Shown piece by piece: positions 7,731 through 15,043 of a stretch of 24,000 nt of DNA (within the stretch, counting starts at the first letter, position 1; each line of letters starts with the position of its first letter). The notes below the pieces were generated by a model that saw only the letters and a program-made list of their open reading frames with translations, was not told the DNA's origin and searched no databases. Both the position numbers and the translations under genes were made by a program. The DNA is from Halomonas sp. Its GTDB lineage: Bacteria > Pseudomonadota > Gammaproteobacteria > Pseudomonadales > Halomonadaceae. The stretch lies in contig NZ_JAXHNN010000009.1 in assembly GCF_034520545.1 (NCBI RefSeq), positions 298,236 to 322,235 on the forward strand, read 5' to 3'.

Positions 7731-9005
7731 TCAGCGTATCTTAGGCAACTCGTCCCAGCGGGTCGTCCAGCGCGGTGTCCGGTTGGCACAGCGCAGATGC
7801 CAGGCAGCTCCAGGCGAGGGACGGCCGAAGGTCACGGTGCCACGTCCCATCCGGCCATTGAGGCTATCGAGGGTCGCCATAAGGTGGTCATTACGCTCTC
7901 GGTCGGCTCGGCTCTCCGTGGTATCCAGCAGCGAGAGCTGTTGCCGGTTGGCATCCACCAGGTCGACCAGCATCACTCCCGCCTTCATGAAGCGATAGCC
8001 TGGTCGGTAGATGGTTTCGAGGGCCTGACTGGCGGCATGCAGGATGTCTCGACTGTCATCGGTGGGCTGCGGCAGTTCCACGATCGCGCTGGGTGAATAT
8101 TGCGGCAGGTCAGGCCGGTGTCGGTTGGTTTTGAGGAATACGTAGACGGCACGCGCCAGGCTGTCCTGGGCACGCAGCTTCTCGGCACTGCGCTGGGCAT
8201 ACTGACGGATCGCCTGATGGATCTCCTGCCGTTTGTCGGTCAGTCGGCCGAAGGAGCGCGAGGTCATGATCCGCTGACGCGCCTGCCCCGGATCGTTCAT
8301 CTCGATGCAGGGAATGCCCTTCAGCTCGAGGCAAGTACGTTCCAGGGTCACCGAGAACCGCTCGCGAATCTGCTTGGGGTCCGCCTGGGCCAGGTCCCAT
8401 GCCGACTGGATGTCCAGCAGCTCAAGGCGCTCCACCAGCCGACGTCCCACACCCCAGACGTCACCCAACGAAATCTGCTTCAGCAACGCCTCGCACTCGG
8501 CGCTGCCGGTTCTCAGCATGCAGACGCCGCCAAAAGCGGGCATCTTCTTGGCCGCCCGGTTGGCCAGCTTGGCCAGCGTACGGGTCGGGGCAATGCCCAC
8601 GCTGACCGGGATATGCGTGAAGCGCCGTACCTTGGTGAACAGTTCCTGCGCATGGCCATGCATCTGATCGACGGTGAAGCTATCGAAACGCACGAACATC
8701 TCGTCGATCGAGTAAGGCTCGACCCCGGCAGAGAACTCCTCCAGCACCTGCTGCACCCGTGAGGACATGTCGCCGTAGAGCTCGTAGTTGGACGACAGCA
8801 GTTCGATCCGCTGACGCCGCTGCAGTGGACGCAGCTCGAAGGCCGGGGTGCCCATCTCCACGCCCAAGGCCTTCAGCTCGTTGGAACGCGCGATCACGCA
8901 GCCATCGTTATTGGACATGACCCCCACGGGCACGCCCTCCAGCCGAGGCTGGAAGGCGCGCTCGCAGCTGACATAGAAGTTGTTGCAGTCGATAAGCCCG
9001 ATCAT
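7731..9005 (-). CDS. umuC: DNA polymerase V catalytic subunit UmuC (Y-family translesion polymerase)
   Basis: The ORF is 424 aa. It begins MIGLIDCNNFYVSCERAFQP..., contains SNNDGCVIARSNE and SIDEMF, and has the UmuC-type C-terminal region. It sits immediately downstream of a umuD-like gene. Confidence 0.95.
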   Translation of the reverse strand: MIGLIDCNNFYVSCERAFQPRLEGVPVGVMSNNDGCVIARSNELKALGVEMGTPAFELRPLQRRQRIELLSSNYELYGDMSSRVQQVLEEFSAGVEPYSIDEMFVRFDSFTVDQMHGHAQELFTKVRRFTHIPVSVGIAPTRTLAKLANRAAKKMPAFGGVCMLRTGSAECEALLKQISLGDVWGVGRRLVERLELLDIQSAWDLAQADPKQIRERFSVTLERTCLELKGIPCIEMNDPGQARQRIMTSRSFGRLTDKRQEIHQAIRQYAQRSAEKLRAQDSLARAVYVFLKTNRHRPDLPQYSPSAIVELPQPTDDSRDILHAASQALETIYRPGYRFMKAGVMLVDLVDANRQQLSLLDTTESRADRERNDHLMATLDSLNGRMGRGTVTFGRPSPGAAWHLRCANRTPRWTTRWDELPKIR

Positions 9006-9010
9006 GACCC

Positions 9011-9049
9011 GCTATTCCCTGCTATTCCCTGCTATTCCCCGCTATACCG
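9011..9049. repeat. 10-bp tandem repeat (GCTATTCCCT x3 plus a degenerate fourth) filling the umuD-umuC intergenic gap
   Basis: The four units are GCTATTCCCT (9011-9020), GCTATTCCCT (9021-9030), GCTATTCCCC (9031-9040) and GCTATACCG (9041-9049). In the gene sense this is AGGGAATAGC repeated between the umuD stop (9042-9044) and the umuC ATG (9005). Confidence 0.9.
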
Positions 9050-9482
9050 AATACTCATGCACCACCGCCTTCACCACGCCCCAGGCCTGGCACTCCAGGT
9101 CTGCGGCGGGGATGGGGGGATAGGTAGGATTACCCGAGGTCAGGTAGGGCCGGTTGCCCAACAGTTCATAGCGTTTAACCACCAGTTCCCCTTCCACCGA
9201 GGCCACCAGAATGTGTCCCGGTCGAGGCTCGATGGCACTGTCGACCACCAGCAGATCGCCTGCGCCGATACCCAGCGCCTCCATGCTGTCACCGGTCACC
9301 GTCATTAAGAAGGTCGATGCCGGGCGCTTCACCAGACGTTCGTTGAGATCCAGGGTGCGCCCCTCGTAGTCCTGGGCGGGGCTGGGAAAGCCCGACAGCC
9401 CCGCTCGTGTCAGTGGCAAGGGAAAGGGAAGCGGCAGTGACGGCGGCTCCGGGTGAGCCAGGATCAAGGGGTCATGCGGCAT
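9042..9482 (-). CDS. umuD: UmuD-like S24 self-cleaving peptidase (polymerase V accessory subunit)
   Basis: The ORF is 146 aa. GFPSPAQDY...LDLNERL aligns with E. coli UmuD CGFPSPAADY...IDLNQLL. The Ser nucleophile context VTGDSMEALGI and the Lys context GELVVKRYEL are both present. AGGAG lies 6 nt upstream of the ATG. Confidence 0.9.
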   Translation of the reverse strand: MPHDPLILAHPEPPSLPLPFPLPLTRAGLSGFPSPAQDYEGRTLDLNERLVKRPASTFLMTVTGDSMEALGIGAGDLLVVDSAIEPRPGHILVASVEGELVVKRYELLGNRPYLTSGNPTYPPIPAADLECQAWGVVKAVVHEYSV

Positions 9483-9498
9483 GGTGGGCTCCTATCGA

Positions 9499-9518
9499 TA
9501 CCTGATATATATACAGTA
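9499..9518. promoter_or_regulatory. LexA (SOS) box-like palindrome upstream of umuD
   Basis: The site is TACCTGATATATATACAGTA. The right half is identical to the E. coli-type consensus TACTGTATATATATACAGTA. The left half is offset by one base, giving CTG-N9-CAG instead of CTG-N10-CAG. It sits 17 nt upstream of the umuD start. Confidence 0.55.
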
Positions 9519-9769
9519 ACAGACAAGGCACCATGCCTGCCAAGCCCACAACGCCACGAAGGTAGCAAGCATCCTCAGGATGATGCTGCTAACCTGACTG
9601 AGGTACTGAGATAGCAAGGGAGTGCGAAATAGCGGCCAATTATTATCAATCGATGACCCGGATACAGGTACCGGTTGTATATCAGCTCACGACACAAAGC
9701 TGACATGCCGGAAATGGCAGCATGCACGTCCAGTCGTGCTAGCCAATTTTCTTATGGGGGTAAAATAGT

Positions 9770-11554
9770 TTGTGGTCAGATACAGAATCCGAAAAGGACT
9801 ACCTTAATTTTGGGGAAGTCTCACAGCTCGCAGTCGACATTCTTACAGCGGATGGCATGTTACCGGTCTCCGTTGGCGTTTTCGGTAACTGGGGTGCTGG
9901 GAAATCCTCCCTTTTGAAACTGATTGAGCAGGAGCTAGATCAGGATGAGAAGGACTGGATTGTTATCAAGTTCGATGCCTGGCTGTACCAGGGGTATGAC
10001 GATGCTCGGGCAGCCCTCCTGGAGGTTATCGCAACGGCACTGACCGAAGCCGCGGATGGAAACGCGAGTCTGACCACGAAAACCAAGAAACTCCTTGCCC
10101 GAGTCGATGGATTCAGGGCCATGGGGTTGCTGGCTGAGGGCGCAGCCCTGTTCGCCGGCATTCCCACCGGTGGCTTTTTCGCCAGAAGTGTTGGTGCCCT
10201 GGGTAATGCCGCTGACGGTATCGAGAATCAGGAAGAGTACGAAAATCTAGGCAATACGGTCAAGGAGGCGAAAGAGCAGGCTGGTGGCCTGTTGAAGCCC
10301 GAGACGAACAAAAGCCCGCCTCAGCAGATTGATGCTTTCCGTAAGGAATACGGGGAAATCCTGGAAGAACTTGGTGTGCCGCTAGTGGTGGTTATCGACA
10401 ACCTTGATCGCTGCCTCCCGACCAACGCCATCCATACGCTTGAAGCCATTCGGCTGTTCCTGTTCTTGACGAATACAGCCTTTATCATAGCGGCCGATGA
10501 AGAAATGATCCGTTCCTCGGTGGCCGATTACTTTAAAGGGGCATCAGACCGGCACCAGATAGACTACCTGGATAAACTGATTCAGGTCCCCATCCGAGTG
10601 CCCAAGGCTGGCGTGCGGGAAATCCGCTCCTACCTGTTCATGTTGTATGCCATCGACCACCGCCTGCCCGAAAAAATACTCGAAAAGCTCCGGGACGGTT
10701 TGGAGAAGGCCTTGCAGCAGTCTTGGAAAGACGATCCAATCACTCGTCAGGATGCCTTGGTGCTGACTGGAGAGTCGGAGGATAGCACCCTAGCCAGGGC
10801 GTTTTCCCGGGCAGACCGCATTGCGCCGGTGCTGGCCAACTCCCCTATTATCCACGGCAACCCGCGGATCGTGAAACGGTTGTTAAATGTCGTTAAAATG
10901 CGCTCACAGATTGCACGGCGCCGCTCAATGCCTTTGGACGAGGCTATCATCACCAAGCTGGTGATCTTTGAGCGATGCGTTGGTGTGAAGGCAACAGCTG
11001 ACTTCTACCGTTTGGTGGACGCCGAACAGGGAACGCCCACGCTGCTCAAGCAGCTGGAGGAAGGGGATGGCCAGATACCCGCTGACGCCCCAAAGACATG
11101 GACGGATAACCCGACCACTATATCCTTCATTAGCGAGTGGGCTCAACTCGAACCTCGTCTTAGTGGGGTCGACCTAAGGGCCGCGATTTACCTGTCTCGG
11201 GAAACCATGCCGATTGGCGCCTATGTGGTGGGGCTGTCCCCTGTAGGGCGGGAAATTCTGGATGTGCTGGTGGATACAAAGAATACCAGCTCGCCGACAG
11301 CGGAAAAGCTTTTGAACACCCTTCCTCTGGAAGAGCAAATACCAGTAATGGAAGGAGTTATAAGCCACCTGAGACAGGCTTCCGACTGGTCTCGAAAGCC
11401 CAAAGGATTTGCAGGAGCGTGCCTGCTGGCCCGCCATTCGGCCGACGCGGCCAAGATCCTAGTTCGGTATCTGCAAGAGCTGGAGCTGGGCGATAAGCCT
11501 CCAGCGTGGATGACTACACTTTTAAAAGAAGAGCAATGGCATAAGGATGCTTAA
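9770..11554 (+). CDS. qatA: KAP-family P-loop NTPase (QatA-like)
   Basis: The ORF is 594 aa and starts at a TTG, the only start available after the in-frame stop at 9761. It has Walker A GNWGAGKSS (9884-9910) and FDAWLYQGYDD. A hydrophobic insert (MGLLAEGAALFAGIPTGGFFARSVGAL) lies between Walker A and the Walker B-like VVVIDNLDRCLP, which is the KAP-family hallmark. Confidence 0.85.
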   Translation: MWSDTESEKDYLNFGEVSQLAVDILTADGMLPVSVGVFGNWGAGKSSLLKLIEQELDQDEKDWIVIKFDAWLYQGYDDARAALLEVIATALTEAADGNASLTTKTKKLLARVDGFRAMGLLAEGAALFAGIPTGGFFARSVGALGNAADGIENQEEYENLGNTVKEAKEQAGGLLKPETNKSPPQQIDAFRKEYGEILEELGVPLVVVIDNLDRCLPTNAIHTLEAIRLFLFLTNTAFIIAADEEMIRSSVADYFKGASDRHQIDYLDKLIQVPIRVPKAGVREIRSYLFMLYAIDHRLPEKILEKLRDGLEKALQQSWKDDPITRQDALVLTGESEDSTLARAFSRADRIAPVLANSPIIHGNPRIVKRLLNVVKMRSQIARRRSMPLDEAIITKLVIFERCVGVKATADFYRLVDAEQGTPTLLKQLEEGDGQIPADAPKTWTDNPTTISFISEWAQLEPRLSGVDLRAAIYLSRETMPIGAYVVGLSPVGREILDVLVDTKNTSSPTAEKLLNTLPLEEQIPVMEGVISHLRQASDWSRKPKGFAGACLLARHSADAAKILVRYLQELELGDKPPAWMTTLLKEEQWHKDA

Positions 11555-12306
11555 TGGGGACTTCGCAATCGAGTACCGGCCCGGGGAGCGGTTCACCACT
11601 GATACCGCCATGGGCGGATGACCAACCACAACAACCACTGCCACAACCACAGACTAGTAGGTTCGCTCCATTTCGAAAATCTTTAGGTAGTGCTGTATCT
11701 AGCGGCAACCGAGATGATTTTAGGAAAGCTATTGGCCACTACGCTCGCAAGGCCAGCGGTGGAGGTGGGAGTGCGGCCAGGAGGATGGGGAGTGTTACCC
11801 AGGCCGGAGCCGGACTTTTTGGCACTCTGATTGGAGCTACTGCAGGCCCAGGAGAGGCCAGCGTCGATCTTGGCAGTTTGGCTGGCCTCCCATGCGAGCA
11901 GGCAATTTCCGCTATTACCCAGGCTCTGACTACAGATGACGGGGATTCGGATAAGATCCGAGCAGCCATGAATCATGCTCTGGTTGAAGCGCTGGATGGC
12001 GTGGAGACCTTTGATCCTCAATGCATCACCGACGATGTGATTGTTGATACCATGATTGGGTATTTGTCTGAAAGTATCTTCTTGCAGATGATAATGGACT
12101 CAGGCAAGGCCTGGAACAAAGCGGATACCCCCGGCCAAGCGATGCGAGCGGAAACGGAACTCCGTGAACTGGTTAAGGTTGTAGTCGATAAATTTATGGC
12201 CCCCAAACTTTCCGGCAATGTGAGAGCCGTTAACCGACAGCAAATGGCTCAAATTGAACGTCAATCCATTATCGATGCATGGAAGGAATGGGAGGCTTAC
12301 CAGTGA
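11554..12306 (+). CDS. qatB: Hypothetical protein in the QatB position (MG start, P/Q- and G-rich N-terminal third, helical C-terminal part)
   Basis: The ORF is 250 aa. Its ATG overlaps the upstream stop (TAATG at 11552-11556). The sequence reads MGTSQSSTGPGSGSPLIPPWADDQPQQPLPQPQ...ASGGGGSAARRMG. I recognise no catalytic motif. The assignment rests on position and operon context only. Confidence 0.65.
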   Translation: MGTSQSSTGPGSGSPLIPPWADDQPQQPLPQPQTSRFAPFRKSLGSAVSSGNRDDFRKAIGHYARKASGGGGSAARRMGSVTQAGAGLFGTLIGATAGPGEASVDLGSLAGLPCEQAISAITQALTTDDGDSDKIRAAMNHALVEALDGVETFDPQCITDDVIVDTMIGYLSESIFLQMIMDSGKAWNKADTPGQAMRAETELRELVKVVVDKFMAPKLSGNVRAVNRQQMAQIERQSIIDAWKEWEAYQ

Positions 12307-13607
12307 CACAATTAATATTCCATCACAACCATCAACATCTCCCACCTGCCAGTGACGACGTATTGCCCGTTCAACTTTATGGATTAATCGGGAAGGGACG
12401 AGGTGACATATCAGTAATCGGGAATCCGGTCATCGACAAGATAAAGCGCCTGGGGGTGCAAATCCCTAGCCAGGCTATGGATTTCCTGACGATTGCACTT
12501 GCGGTAACTGCCGCAGATACCTTTGTTCGCCGGGCGGATGCTGAAGATGGCTGGACCCGTCGACTTTCCCTCCATCTACCACTCCATGAACCAGCTCGAT
12601 GGCTGCCACTGACAAAGGATCTGGAGCGAGCACTGCACTTCCTGAGTGGAGATATCTGGAGCTTCAATTTCCAAAAAGGTGGATACCCACCTCCTGAACC
12701 TTATTGCTGGCCTGATCGACACAGACGTATTTCACTCAAAGGATTAGATTGTGTATGTCTGTTCTCCGGTGGCATGGATTCGGCGATTGGAGCGATTGAT
12801 CTACTGGCGCAAGGGCGTGCCCCATTGTTGGTGAGCCACTGCTATAAAGGTGATAAGAAACATCAGGACCAAGTTGCTAAAGTGCTCGAGGGGCATTATT
12901 CCCGTTTTGAGATCAACGCAGATCCACACCTGTATACAAGAAAAACAGACATCACAATGCGGACGAGAAGTCTTAATTTCCTTGCGTTTGCAGCTGTCGG
13001 CGCCTGTGCTGTACGCGCTGTATCCCAACAAGAGAATATCGACCTATTCGTGCCCGAGAATGGTTTTATCTCGTTGAATGCCCCATTGACTCCCAGACGC
13101 ACCGGTACGCTGAGTACGCGAACCACTCATCCACACTTTATCAAAAGTATCCAAGGGATTCTTGATGCGGCGGATATCCCTTGCAGAATCATTAATCCTT
13201 ACCAGTTTAAAACCAAAGGGCAGATGGCTGCTGAGTGCAAAAACAGACAGTTGCTAGAGGATGTTGTAGATAGTACGGTGTCCTGCAGCCATTGGAAACG
13301 AAAAAAAATGCAGTGTGGTATATGCGTTCCCTGCGTCATTCGCAGAGCTGCGCTTCATGCAGGAAGAATTAGTGATACCAGCTCATATAGGTTTGAAACC
13401 GTAGCTGATGTGTTAAATAAGACTGACCGTAGGGATGACATTCAGGCTTTGCGCATTGCGGTTACACAGAAAGCAACGCGGAACCCAGGGCCATGGATAG
13501 CAGATAGCGGCCCACTTCCCGTTGCGACATTCGAAGATTTTCAGAAAGTCTTTTTGGATGGCCTTTACGAGATTGAGGTTTTCCTGAAAGCCGAGGCCGC
13601 TTTGTGA
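12303..13607 (+). CDS. qatC: QueC-like PP-loop ATPase with N-terminal extension (QatC-like)
   Basis: It has the PP-loop LFSGGMDS (SGGMDS at 12765-12782), the block VPENGFISLN, and a C-terminal Cys cluster CSHWKRKKMQCGICVPCVIRRAAL like the QueC zinc site. About 150 residues precede the PP-loop. The preferred start is the GTG at 12303, with GGGAGG 7 nt upstream and a GTGA overlap with the qatB stop. Alternative ATGs lie at 12279 and 12288. Confidence 0.85.
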   Translation: MTQLIFHHNHQHLPPASDDVLPVQLYGLIGKGRGDISVIGNPVIDKIKRLGVQIPSQAMDFLTIALAVTAADTFVRRADAEDGWTRRLSLHLPLHEPARWLPLTKDLERALHFLSGDIWSFNFQKGGYPPPEPYCWPDRHRRISLKGLDCVCLFSGGMDSAIGAIDLLAQGRAPLLVSHCYKGDKKHQDQVAKVLEGHYSRFEINADPHLYTRKTDITMRTRSLNFLAFAAVGACAVRAVSQQENIDLFVPENGFISLNAPLTPRRTGTLSTRTTHPHFIKSIQGILDAADIPCRIINPYQFKTKGQMAAECKNRQLLEDVVDSTVSCSHWKRKKMQCGICVPCVIRRAALHAGRISDTSSYRFETVADVLNKTDRRDDIQALRIAVTQKATRNPGPWIADSGPLPVATFEDFQKVFLDGLYEIEVFLKAEAAL

Positions 13608-14341
13608 ACATCGATATGCATTGTCACCTCGATCTGTATCCGGAGCCATTCAAAGTGGCCGAGGAATGCAAAAAACGGGGTACATACGTACTGTCAGTAA
13701 CTACTACGCCCAAAGCCTGGGATGGGACCTGCAGGCTTGCTAAGGGCTGCTCACGCATTCGTACAGCGTTGGGCTTGCATCCACAAATCGCGCACCAAAG
13801 ATCACATGAGCTGGAGTTATTCGATGCGCTACTCTCAGATGCGAAGTATGTGGGAGAGATAGGGCTCGATGGGGGAAAAGGCTTTAAGGACCATTGGCAA
13901 GTGCAGCTGAAGGTATTCCGACACATACTTAATAGTGTGAATAGTGCCGGTGGTAGAGTCATGACGATACACAGTCGATCAAGCGCAGCGTCCGTGTTGG
14001 ATTTCCTCCCGGGTGTTGATGGTGTTCCGATACTTCATTGGTTTACGGGAACGCCGAGTCAACTGAGAAAAGCTATAGACATGGGGTGTTGGTTTTCCAT
14101 TAACCCATCTATGCTAGAAACGAAAAAGGGCTATAACCTTGTTGCAATGATGCCAAAAGAGCGAATTTTGACAGAAACTGATGGCCCATTTACAACCCTT
14201 TCGGGAAACACTCTATTTCCGTGGGACGCGAGCTTAGTGATTCTGAAGGTGGCATCCATCTGGAAGTGTGACATAAGCGAAGCAGAAAAAATAATAGATA
14301 ACAACTTTAAGCGGCTTTTGGTGAAGGACCATTTTTGCTAA
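13604..14341 (+). CDS. qatD: TatD-family metal-dependent hydrolase/nuclease (QatD-like)
   Basis: The ORF is 245 aa. It reads NIDMHCHLD (HxH), GEIGLDG, MTIHSRS, ILHWFTG and LTETDGPF, the TatD/amidohydrolase metal-ligand series. The GTG start overlaps the qatC stop (GTGA at 13604-13607). An alternative ATG lies at 13616. Confidence 0.9.
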   Translation: MNIDMHCHLDLYPEPFKVAEECKKRGTYVLSVTTTPKAWDGTCRLAKGCSRIRTALGLHPQIAHQRSHELELFDALLSDAKYVGEIGLDGGKGFKDHWQVQLKVFRHILNSVNSAGGRVMTIHSRSSAASVLDFLPGVDGVPILHWFTGTPSQLRKAIDMGCWFSINPSMLETKKGYNLVAMMPKERILTETDGPFTTLSGNTLFPWDASLVILKVASIWKCDISEAEKIIDNNFKRLLVKDHFC

Positions 14342-14445
14342 AAAGGCCGTGAACGCGGACGCATATTTCGTTCGATTTTCTCAAAAATATACGCCAGTTG
14401 GGGGTGGTGTTTACGCATGCAGTATCGGATAAGCAGGGAGACTTG

Positions 14446-14919
14446 ATGATCAAGACTGTAATACTATCGGTTAGGACCCCACAGTGGGCGAACGAAGACA
14501 GCACCGCCATTAACTGCTTGGTGAGAACTAACACTCTCCACCAGGAGGTGCCGTTTACTGCCACGCCTTATGACTCGGAGGCTCATGGGCGGGAGATTTT
14601 CGCGAGATGTCTTGCCGGTGAGTTTGGCGAAATTGCTCCGATGGAACCCAAGCATCAGCAACAGCCCCTATCACAACTCGAGCTTCCTTCGGAGTACCAC
14701 CTCCTAGAGAGGTTCCTTCTCGAGGCCAATCGAGAGAACAGCCATAAGTCTTTTCGCAGCGCTGTCATCGTTTGGGCCTCCTTACTCGATAACATTCTCG
14801 ATGAGATGCTGGAGGTCGAGGCATTGCGCGCTTCAGCTTCAGGAGAGGCTGTAGGTAAGCCACCGCGCACCCTCGATGCCCGGATCAAGCGAGCCCTTGA
14901 CGCAGGTTTAATCTCCTGA
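14446..14919 (+). CDS. Hypothetical two-part protein; the C-terminal half resembles an MtlR-type helical domain and looks truncated
   Basis: The ATG at 14446 is preceded by GGGAGA. The N-terminal ~65 aa (MIKTVILSVRTPQWANEDSTAINCLV...VPFTATPYDSEAHGREIFARCLAGEFGEIAP) recalls a small domain I associate with phage tail-fibre-assembly-like proteins, from weak memory. The C-terminal part (HKSFRSAVIVWASLLDNILDEML...ARIKRALDAGLIS) resembles the start of a mannitol-repressor-like/abortive-infection helical domain, but it ends before the usual RN.FAH-type motif. Confidence 0.45.
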   Translation: MIKTVILSVRTPQWANEDSTAINCLVRTNTLHQEVPFTATPYDSEAHGREIFARCLAGEFGEIAPMEPKHQQQPLSQLELPSEYHLLERFLLEANRENSHKSFRSAVIVWASLLDNILDEMLEVEALRASASGEAVGKPPRTLDARIKRALDAGLIS

Positions 14920-15004
14920 ATTCAAGCAATAAGCGCAGCATTTGGTTCACATAAGTTTGGTGCTGCATGAGAACTTTCCGATTGTCAGCTTCTGGCCGGA
15001 AGCG

Positions 15005-15034
15005 GCCCTGCCCGCTGAATATGGCAGGCAGGGC
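15005..15034 (-). terminator. GC-rich hairpin just downstream of the MvaT-like gene
   Basis: GCCCTGCC (15005-15012) pairs with GGCAGGGC (15027-15034), 10 nt past the stop at 15044. There is no clear U-tract on either strand, so function as an intrinsic terminator is uncertain. Confidence 0.35.
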
Positions 15035-15043
15035 TCGGAACGG

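Noticed and set aside
7695-8762. Plus-strand ORFs (7695-8096, 7717-7998, 8100-8762, 8305-8667, 8399-8605) antisense to umuC.
   Set aside because: They are antisense shadow ORFs inside a well-supported umuC gene, with low-complexity composition and no start context.
9011-9049. Short tandem repeats (also 20098-20172 and 22203-22226) considered as possible CRISPR arrays.
   Set aside because: The units are 8-21 bp and directly abut one another with no unique spacers. One array is in-frame coding sequence. No cas genes are present.
9675-9917. An 80-aa plus-strand ORF overlapping the start of the KAP NTPase gene.
   Set aside because: It is in a different frame from the P-loop-encoding ORF, has no motif, and would leave the Walker A region without an upstream start. 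The TTG at 9770 explains the region better.
9697-14991. AAGCTGACA at 9697-9705 and its reverse complement at 14983-14991, considered as inverted repeats bounding the AT-richer Qat-type cassette.
   Set aside because: The exact match is only 9 nt. That is plausible by chance given the search space, and there is no supporting direct repeat or recombinase nearby.
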